32,000 nucleotides of DNA from Telmatocola sphagniphila (lineage in GTDB: Bacteria > Planctomycetota > Planctomycetia > Gemmatales > Gemmataceae). The notes beneath the pieces were generated by a model that was given only the letters and a program-made list of their open reading frames with translations, ran no database searches and had not been told where the DNA came from. Where the stretch lies: positions 5,340,001-5,372,000 of the forward strand of contig NZ_CP074694.1 in assembly GCF_018398935.1 (NCBI RefSeq), written 5' to 3'. Shown piece by piece: positions 1-5,959 of this stretch (positions are counted from its first letter, which is position 1; each line of letters begins with the position of its first letter). Made by a program: the position numbers and the translations under genes.

Positions 1-1125
1 TCCCAGGCTTTACGCATTCGAAAGAAGAAAGCTCTCCAGAACCCTAAAAAGCCCGAATCAAAAACGCTTCTAAAACTCCAGGCCCTCGATGATCGAATCG
101 TTCCAAATGCCTCTCGATTAATAGGTATTTATCCCGACATTCGCGATCTGATTGGTAGCTACTCTTCCTCTACAACCGCCAATTCCGTGGTCACTCACTT
201 TGCCGTCATCACCTCGCCGCAGACCACGGCGGGGGCCGCGCGCGAGGTGGAAATCATTGCCCTCAATGCGAATAACCGGCCGGTTTCCAACTATACGGGA
301 ACGGTTCAAATCACCAGTTCCGATAGCGCTGCCGTGCTGCCCGCCACTTACACCTTCACCGCGGCGGACCATGGCCGGCACGAATTCAGCGTCATTCTCA
401 ATAGCACCGGTAGCGAAACCATCACGGCCACCGACACAAGTACCTCCACCCTCTCGGGAAGTACCTCAGTGACTGTGAACCCGGCTCTGGTGGCTACCCA
501 TTTTGCTCTGCTGACGCAGAAGAATGTCTACAGCGGGGCGATTGAATCGGTCACCGTGGTGGCACTCGACGCCAGCAACCGAGTGGTACCCAACTATACC
601 GGGACGATCCAGTTCAGCACAGCCGCGACGGGTGTCACTTTACCGGCCAATTATACCTTCACTTCCGCCGATCAAGGTGTCCATACGTTCCAGATTACTT
701 CTACCACCATCGGCAGCGAGACCCTCACGGCCACCGATACCGCCAGCCCCAGTATCACGGGGTCGGTTACGGTCAATGTGAAAGCCGATCTGGTGGCAAC
801 GCACTTCGCACTGATCCAACTGCCCAGCGCCTACGGCAGTACCACCGCGCAATATCTAGTGGTCGCTCTGGATGCGAATAATCGGGTGGTACCAACTTAC
901 ACGGGTACCATCCACTTCACCAGCACCGATAGTGGGGCGACTTTACCGGCGGACTACACATTTACGCTGGCCGATGGCGGTTCGCATGTGTTTAGCGTGA
1001 CTTACTCTTCAGCGGCTACCAAGTCCACGACAGTGACGGTCATCGATACGACGAACTCTTCCCTTACGGGAAGCTCTACCAACTCGCATCGTAGAGATAA
1101 CTTCGTCTTCAACTTCGGCTGGTAA
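1..1125 (+). CDS. Secreted/cell-surface repeat protein with three tandem ~100-aa Ig-like repeats; 5' end lies outside the window
   Basis: Frame 1 is open from nt 1 and has no in-frame ATG/GTG/TTG before the GTG at 187, so the start is probably upstream of the window. The 5' part translates to ...KTLLKLQALDDRIVPNA..., matching the L-x-x-L-(E/D)-D-R-x-x-P motif I know from N-terminal regions of planctomycete secreted proteins. Three repeats follow, each with VATHFA...NYTGT(I/V)QF...LPA-YTFT-AD-G-H-F...GSET-TATDT...TGS. Stop is TAA at 1123-1125. Confidence 0.75.
   Translation, partial: SQALRIRKKKALQNPKKPESKTLLKLQALDDRIVPNASRLIGIYPDIRDLIGSYSSSTTANSVVTHFAVITSPQTTAGAAREVEIIALNANNRPVSNYTGTVQITSSDSAAVLPATYTFTAADHGRHEFSVILNSTGSETITATDTSTSTLSGSTSVTVNPALVATHFALLTQKNVYSGAIESVTVVALDASNRVVPNYTGTIQFSTAATGVTLPANYTFTSADQGVHTFQITSTTIGSETLTATDTASPSITGSVTVNVKADLVATHFALIQLPSAYGSTTAQYLVVALDANNRVVPTYTGTIHFTSTDSGATLPADYTFTLADGGSHVFSVTYSSAATKSTTVTVIDTTNSSLTGSSTNSHRRDNFVFNFGW
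187..1086 (+). repeat. Intragenic tandem repeat, 3 x ~300 nt (units start at 187, 487, 790)
   Basis: The three translated units align residue for residue: (V/L)VATHFA(V/L), ALxAxNRxVxxYTGTxxF, LPAxYTFTxADxGxHxF, TATDT. The third unit is the most diverged at its C-terminal end. Confidence 0.8.
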
Positions 1126-1291
1126 GGAACTTTCCGCGACTCGCACTTTGTAAGAGATTGAGGATCGTTTTTGGCGATCCTGCCATCGAATCCATTTCCG
1201 AAAAGGTTACTTGGCGTCGGCAACCCGCGCCCAGTTTTTCGGACGTGCGTTCACTTCCCAACATCTCAGGCGGGTTGCGAGGATTTTTCAG

Positions 1292-1783
1292 ATGAACTAT
1301 TTTTCGATTCCGAAGGCACTGATCGCTTTCGCACTTCTGGCGGGATTCGCCGGGGAAGCTTCCGCTCAAGGCCGCGGCGGGCAACGGGGAGGCGGAGCAG
1401 TTCGATCCACTGCCGCGAGTGGCAATTCCTCGCAGTCGTCGAACTCGACGAATTCCACCGCGACGGGAAAATGCACGGGCAACAAACCATCCACCTCGAC
1501 AACCGGTACCACCAGTACTGGCACGAGTACTACCGCCCGAACCAGCACGGCGACATCCTCGAACACAACCGTCAATAAGGCACTTTTAAGCCAGCAGCTC
1601 ACGGCTCTGCAACAGACGGTGGTTCGGTTGCAGACGCAACAGGCCAACATTCAGGCCAAGGAAGCGAATCTCAGCGGCGAGCAGTTAACGATCGCTCAGA
1701 CACAGCTGTCAAATATCAGTACGCGCCTCACGGCCTTGCAGACGCGAATCGCACAGCTGCAGGCAAAGATTTCCAGTTCTTGA
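1292..1783 (+). CDS. Hypothetical secreted protein with a Ser/Thr-rich tract and a Gln/Leu-rich coiled-coil-like C-terminus
   Basis: Start is the ATG at 1292, inside the longer 1211 ORF. MNYFSIPKALIAFALLAGFAGEASAQG looks like a signal peptide. A Gly/Arg segment and an S/T/N low-complexity tract follow, then a Q/L-rich segment with a repeated LTALQ. No family recognised. Confidence 0.65.
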   Translation: MNYFSIPKALIAFALLAGFAGEASAQGRGGQRGGGAVRSTAASGNSSQSSNSTNSTATGKCTGNKPSTSTTGTTSTGTSTTARTSTATSSNTTVNKALLSQQLTALQQTVVRLQTQQANIQAKEANLSGEQLTIAQTQLSNISTRLTALQTRIAQLQAKISSS

Positions 1784-1790
1784 GGAGGCA

Positions 1791-1842
1791 AAAAAGAGGG
1801 GGGAATCGAACTGATCCAGTCGATTCCCCCCTTAAGATTTTT
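1791..1842. terminator. Bidirectional rho-independent terminator between convergent genes
   Basis: GGGGGGAATCGA (1798-1809) pairs perfectly with TCGATTCCCCCC (1820-1831), giving a 12-bp stem and a 10-nt loop. An A-run lies on the left (1791-1795) and a T-run on the right (1838-1842). It can therefore serve both the + gene ending at 1783 and groES ending at 1861. Confidence 0.75.
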
Positions 1843-1860
1843 CTGTGAGTAGCCGGTCGA

Positions 1861-2148
1861 TTAGCCGACTACAGCCAGGATGTCGTCTTCGGTCATGATC
1901 AGGTAATCTTTACCGTCGACATTCACTTCGCTGCCGGCGTAGCTGGTGAACAGAACCTTGTCGCCCTTCTTCACCTGGAAAACGGCTCGCTTGCCACTGT
2001 CGAGCAATTTGCCTTCACCCAGTTCGAGCACCTTGCCCTGTTTGGGTTTTTCCTTGGCCGTGTCGGGCAGCACGATGCCGCCAGCGGTCTTGGTTTCGGC
2101 TTCCAGACGTTCGACAACGATCTTGTCGTTAAGGGGTACAACTTTCAT
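1861..2148 (-). CDS. groES: Co-chaperonin GroES (Cpn10)
   Basis: The 95-aa product MKVVPLNDKIVVERLEAETKTAGGIVLPDTAKEKPKQGKV...GDKVLFTSYAGSEV..DGKDYLIMTEDDILAVV matches Cpn10 end to end, including the mobile loop. An AAGGAG Shine-Dalgarno sits 6 nt upstream of the ATG at 2148. Confidence 0.95.
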   Translation of the reverse strand: MKVVPLNDKIVVERLEAETKTAGGIVLPDTAKEKPKQGKVLELGEGKLLDSGKRAVFQVKKGDKVLFTSYAGSEVNVDGKDYLIMTEDDILAVVG

Positions 2149-2168
2149 TCATTACTCCTTGAGTAGTA

Positions 2169-2654
2169 CTATTGCAGAGGTTTATCAGGGGTGGTTGCGG
2201 CCGGTTCCGCCGGCTTGCTGGCCGGGGGTTCGCCGTTCTTCGGATTTTCCACCACGTTATCGCCATAGAATCGAATGAGTGCCCGCACTACGGTCGTGGT
2301 CACCACATTTTTAGAAAACGGCTTCGGTATCACACTGTAGAACTGGGCATTCATGGCCTTGCGGACCAGTTCCAGGGTGGCGTCGGCCGTAATCAGTATC
2401 GCCGGGAGTACTTCCTGCATCTGTCGGAGCAGCTGCAGCGTTTCCATCCCCGTCAGTTGGGGCATCTGGTAGTCCAGCAGGGCCAGATGGACCGTTTCGG
2501 ACTGAGCAATCTCACAGGCTTCGTTGCCATTGGCTGCCAGATGAGTTTTGAAAGCGCCCACGGCCTCGACGATTTCCCGCAGCATGGCGCGCATGTTCGG
2601 ATCATCGTCGGTGATGAGAATGTGCAGATCGCGTTGGGGCAGGGTGGCCGTCAT
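2169..2654 (-). CDS. Single-domain response regulator (CheY-like receiver) with a Pro/Ala-rich C-terminal tail
   Basis: All receiver signatures are present: acidic pocket ITDDD, phospho-acceptor Asp in LLDYQMP, Thr in ILITAD, Lys in IPKPF. The ATG at 2654 is preceded by GAGG; the TTG at 2696 is an alternative start. No output domain. The stop lies 20 nt upstream of the groES start. Confidence 0.85.
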   Translation of the reverse strand: MTATLPQRDLHILITDDDPNMRAMLREIVEAVGAFKTHLAANGNEACEIAQSETVHLALLDYQMPQLTGMETLQLLRQMQEVLPAILITADATLELVRKAMNAQFYSVIPKPFSKNVVTTTVVRALIRFYGDNVVENPKNGEPPASKPAEPAATTPDKPLQ

Positions 2655-2762
2655 CGCAAATACCTCATCCCGATTGTCGATTGAAATAATGGACAATCGG
2701 ATGTCTCGTCCTGAGACTTTGGCTGGTCAGTAGGAAGTAATAGAGCAAAAATCGTACCAGAC

Positions 2763-2792
2763 AATAATTGCGAGAATTCTCGCAGTATTATT
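2763..2792. promoter_or_regulatory. Candidate operator: perfect 16-bp palindrome TGCGAGAATTCTCGCA (2769-2784) with AT-rich extended arms
   Basis: The palindrome was read directly. The flanking AATAAT / ATTATT extend the symmetry with a 2-nt offset. It lies in the divergent intergenic region, ~115 nt upstream of the response-regulator start. The binding factor is unknown. Confidence 0.35.
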
Positions 2793-3097
2793 GGTCAAAT
2801 TTTCTACTCAGATCATGGCTTATCCCGCCGAACTGGGCAAGAGAGACTTCCTATTCTGCCAAATTGACAGAGCCGGGGGATCGTTATCCTAAGTCTAAAT
2901 CCGCGCGCCAGATAGGTCGCGGCGGCGGGGAATTAACGAAAAGCGGAAGTTTGCCGGCTGGGGGGAGGGGGAGGACTGCTGCAGCAGTCACTTTTATTCC
3001 TCGAAATTAACGGTTGAACCCTCGGAGTACGCTATCTGTCGAGTCTATTTCACGTAATCGAAGTCTTAGGTCAATCGAGTTCGATGAGGGAGGTACG

Positions 3098-3601
3098 ATG
3101 GCCGAGCAATTCACATTCTTCTGGAAACATCGCCTCAGTCAGTGGCAGCATGCCCCGTTCGTTCTGGGAGGAATCACCTTCACCCATGCGGAACAGTACA
3201 TGATGTATGCCAAAGCCCTTCTATTCAGCGACCGGGAAGCGGCTGGTCGAATCCTCGCTGCAGAAACTCCGCGCGAGCAGCAGGAGATCGGTCGGAGAGT
3301 GCGCGGGTATGACGAATCGGTGTGGGTACTGTTCCGAGAAGGGATCGTCTTCACTGCCAATTATGCCCGCTTCAGTCAGAATGAAGATCAGCGAGAATTA
3401 CTCTTTTCCACTCGAGGGACGACTCTCGTTGAAGCCTCGCCGCACGATCGGATATGGGGAATCGGCTTGAGCGCGGACGACCCCCGGGCGCGGGATCGAT
3501 CACAGTGGCTCGGTCTGAATCTGCTGGGGGAGGTACTGATGCGGGTTCGAGAAGCGCTGCTTTGGACTTTCGAATTCAGGCGTGGTATTCACGCTTCTTA
3601 A
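3098..3601 (+). CDS. NADAR (YbiA / DUF1768) family protein
   Basis: The ATG at 3098 is preceded by GAGGGAGG (3086-3093). FFWKHRLSQW, FTHAEQYMMYAKALLFSD, GRRVRGYDESVW and LVEASPHDRIWGIGL match the conserved NADAR/YbiA motifs as I remember them. Confidence 0.8.
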   Translation: MAEQFTFFWKHRLSQWQHAPFVLGGITFTHAEQYMMYAKALLFSDREAAGRILAAETPREQQEIGRRVRGYDESVWVLFREGIVFTANYARFSQNEDQRELLFSTRGTTLVEASPHDRIWGIGLSADDPRARDRSQWLGLNLLGEVLMRVREALLWTFEFRRGIHAS

Positions 3602-3835
3602 GCCGATTCAACTAACATGAGTGTGAACCAGCACGCCGAAAGTCTGGAATAGGTACCGTTGACTTGAAGGTCGGATGATTGAGTAAGAGATCGATCAAAG
3701 ATTGAAATTTGCAAACGCTTAAAGTCATGTACAATCGGCATCTGAGCTGCACAAGCTCAGCCCGACCTCTCCCAGATGCATTGCGAATAACTTCGAAATT
3801 GAATCGACGATTTCAATTGTGTAAGAGGATTTATT

Positions 3836-4276
3836 GTGCCTAGCCGATTACCCTACTGCCCATTATTCTTGCCTGTTTTGCTTTCACGCCCTGCAACGTC
3901 AACATCATCGCTCATGATCCATCATCGCCCGGAAAAACAGCTCAAGAATTTGCCGAAATTGCCTTCATGAAATCCGATTATGTCGCGGCACGCGCTCTGT
4001 TAGCCCCACAAACACAGCAGGACGTATCAATAGAGAAAATTACCGCGGAAGAGGCTCGCATGCACCCAAAAACAAAACCGGCAGAGGTTTCAGCTATAGA
4101 GTTTGAGCCAATATCCGGTCAGCGTGCCATCAATATCTTTCTGAAGGGCCAACAAGGGGTACGAGTTTTTTTATTATCGACTGCTTCTTACGGGTGATAA
4201 ACAAGCGGGTTACCAAGTGAGTGGGCTATGGAGAGGTACCGGCCCCTATCCTCCCTCAGCACGTAAGCCACTATGA
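3836..4276 (+). pseudogene. Small lipoprotein-like gene broken by two apparent frameshifts (or by assembly errors)
   Basis: AAGAGGA (3823-3829) plus the GTG at 3836 make a good start, in frame 2. The convincing signal-peptide and body reading is in frame 1 from 3844 (PITLLPIILACFAFTPCNV...GKTAQEFAEIAFMKSDYVAARALL...INIFLKGQQGVRVF). That frame is blocked upstream by TAG at 3841. After the T7 run (4166-4172) the sensible reading moves to frame 2 (YYRLLLTGDKQAGYQVSGLWRGTGPYPPSARKPL, stop 4274-4276). The ORF-track entry 3967..4197 is the middle fragment. Confidence 0.45.
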
Positions 4277-4496
4277 GCTACTCATCACGTAATCCAGGTG
4301 CATGTTTACTCGTTGCGCCGTGGGAAGCGAACCGTCTTGATTTCGTAACTAACTTCCCACTGTCGAACCGAAATCAAACTCTCTTGCCCCTTCAAGCGAT
4401 AAATATCGCTGTAACTCTTCTTGCCATCGGCTGCAAGTATCGGGTCGTCTTTAATGTGAAGGTTACCTTACTGACTAATATTGAATCGAGCCCCTT

Positions 4497-5564
4497 ATGA
4501 TCACAGCTTGGTCTACGCTTCACTTTGGTCTACTTTTCATGTTAAACCAGGCCTATCCTGTAACGGGGGAGATTGCCAATTTTTGCTACCGCGAAACGGC
4601 CGAAAGGGCGATGAAAATATCCTGTCCTCCCGACGGGAACAAAAATTTTCCGGAGAGGGAGTTTGCTCAGGGATGGTATGATGCTGCTATCGTAAGAATT
4701 GACGAAAACCTGACCAAATATCCCATCAACAAAAAATATCCCGTTCTAATGCCTTATTTTACAGAAAAAGTATTTCAGAGATTTAAAGGGGGATCCTTCA
4801 GTTCAGGCAGTTATCTCCGACCTCCGTTCGAGCCAAGGATCGGCGATAAAGTCATTATCTGGGTCAAGCCGAGATTGAGGTATTACTTGGCAGTGACCTC
4901 GATTGGAGATTCTCATCAAGTGGTGTCGAAACCGTTACAATTGCACTCGGTATTTGAAGTCTTTATGCCCAAACCTCTTCAATTTCAAATGGTCTACAAG
5001 TTCGAAGACCTCTACTTTGAGAAATCTCGAAAGGAGTTTCACTCTTGGAAAAACTGCATTCGGGATACCCTAAATCGGGACTTGGAAGAGTCGAATTTTA
5101 CCACCCTCTTTGCAGAGGCAAAAACCCCTGAAAAGGCCTGGGCGCTCTTCTACTACTGCACACAAAAAAAGAATATCTCCACTCAAAAAATTACAGATTC
5201 TCTGAAGACGAAATTTGAAAGCGTATATCAATTCTATGCCAGCGATTGCGCGATGCTTCAATTGAGTCAGTACTGGCAGGATTCCTCAGAGCGAGTGAAA
5301 GCACTAAAGCAGGCGCTGGGCTTAACCCAGACGGAAAGTGATAATGATGTCCTGTTCAAACACGTTTTTGAAACGGGAAGCGAAGACCTATTATCGACTT
5401 ATTTCAAGGATTATTTTTTCTCGGAAGTGGCTAAACCAAGCGAACAAAAGAATAGAAAATTTACATTGCAGGCCGATTGGATCAGACGCTCGTCACACAA
5501 AGAAACTTATGAACAGATAGTTCAGATTGCCCCAAAATATGGTTACAAATTACCCGAAAGATAA
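4497..5564 (+). CDS. Hypothetical protein (355 aa), no family recognised, AT-rich
   Basis: This is a long uninterrupted ORF in an AT-rich patch where random ORFs of this length are unlikely. The start is uncertain: ATG at 4497, 4539, or 4611, and only the last is preceded by GAAAGGG. The hydrophobic N-terminus LHFGLLFML could be a signal or anchor. Confidence 0.6.
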   Translation: MITAWSTLHFGLLFMLNQAYPVTGEIANFCYRETAERAMKISCPPDGNKNFPEREFAQGWYDAAIVRIDENLTKYPINKKYPVLMPYFTEKVFQRFKGGSFSSGSYLRPPFEPRIGDKVIIWVKPRLRYYLAVTSIGDSHQVVSKPLQLHSVFEVFMPKPLQFQMVYKFEDLYFEKSRKEFHSWKNCIRDTLNRDLEESNFTTLFAEAKTPEKAWALFYYCTQKKNISTQKITDSLKTKFESVYQFYASDCAMLQLSQYWQDSSERVKALKQALGLTQTESDNDVLFKHVFETGSEDLLSTYFKDYFFSEVAKPSEQKNRKFTLQADWIRRSSHKETYEQIVQIAPKYGYKLPER

Positions 5565-5567
5565 TCC

Positions 5568-5593
5568 ACCGCACCGGGTTCCCCCGATGCGGT
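5568..5593. terminator. GC-rich hairpin between convergent genes, without a U-tract
   Basis: ACCGCA-c-CGGG-ttcc-CCCG-a-TGCGGT gives 10 bp with one 1x1 mismatch. It sits between the stop at 5564 (+) and the stop at 5610 (-). No flanking T/A runs, so its terminator role is tentative. Confidence 0.35.
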
Positions 5594-5609
5594 CGAGTTG
5601 AAGAAATTT

Positions 5610-5927
5610 TTACTCTTCGTGGTAGCCGCGGAACGGATCGGAGACCGGAACGTGCAGCGACTCTTCCGACCAGCCGGTAAAAAGGCTGCGGGCGACCAGC
5701 AGTATGACCACCCAGATCATGGTGAAGATAAACCAGTTCACGGCCAGGATGACCGCGACCGCGAAAGTATCCCCGGCCATCTTCGAGGCGGCGAATCCCG
5801 GATTGATCAGCCAGCGAAGGAAATCGAGTTCCAGCAGATAATACAATCCCCAGGCCACCACCTGAGTCAGAAATCCGCGGGAAGCTGCGGTTTTTAGCAA
5901 ATCCATTTCGTCTTTGTCATTCCACAT
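5610..5927 (-). CDS. Small integral membrane protein (hypothetical)
   Basis: At least two hydrophobic helices (VVAWGLYYLLEL, FAVAVILAVNWFIFTMIWVVILLVA). It lies directly downstream of the DUF11 gene on the same strand. I prefer the ATG at 5927. The TTG at 5963 would overlap the upstream TGA as TTGA and is an alternative start. Confidence 0.6.
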   Translation of the reverse strand: MWNDKDEMDLLKTAASRGFLTQVVAWGLYYLLELDFLRWLINPGFAASKMAGDTFAVAVILAVNWFIFTMIWVVILLVARSLFTGWSEESLHVPVSDPFRGYHEE

Positions 5928-5959
5928 AGGTGTAGACCTAAAGTCAGGTCCGCGTCCTT

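Noticed and set aside
2172-2684. 170-aa ORF on the plus strand
   Set aside because: It lies antisense to the response regulator, which has all the receiver signature residues.
2149-2800. CIRCE/HrcA operator upstream of groES
   Set aside because: No TTAGCACTC-n9-GAGTGCTAA-like inverted repeat is present in the 20-nt gap or upstream of the receiver gene.
2768-3010. 80-aa ORF in the receiver/NADAR intergenic region
   Set aside because: It has a non-ATG start, overlaps the 16-bp palindrome, and has a Gly/Arg-rich tail. There is no support beyond ORF length.
2700-3835. DarT-NADAR type toxin-antitoxin pair
   Set aside because: There is no candidate toxin ORF on either side of the NADAR gene.
4306-4467. 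Minus-strand 53-codon open frame (GNLHIKDDPILAADGKKSYSDIYRLKGQESLISVRQWEVSYEIKTVRFPRRNE)
   Set aside because: It looks protein-like but has no start codon and is bounded upstream by stops. At best it is a gene remnant, so I did not call it as a feature.
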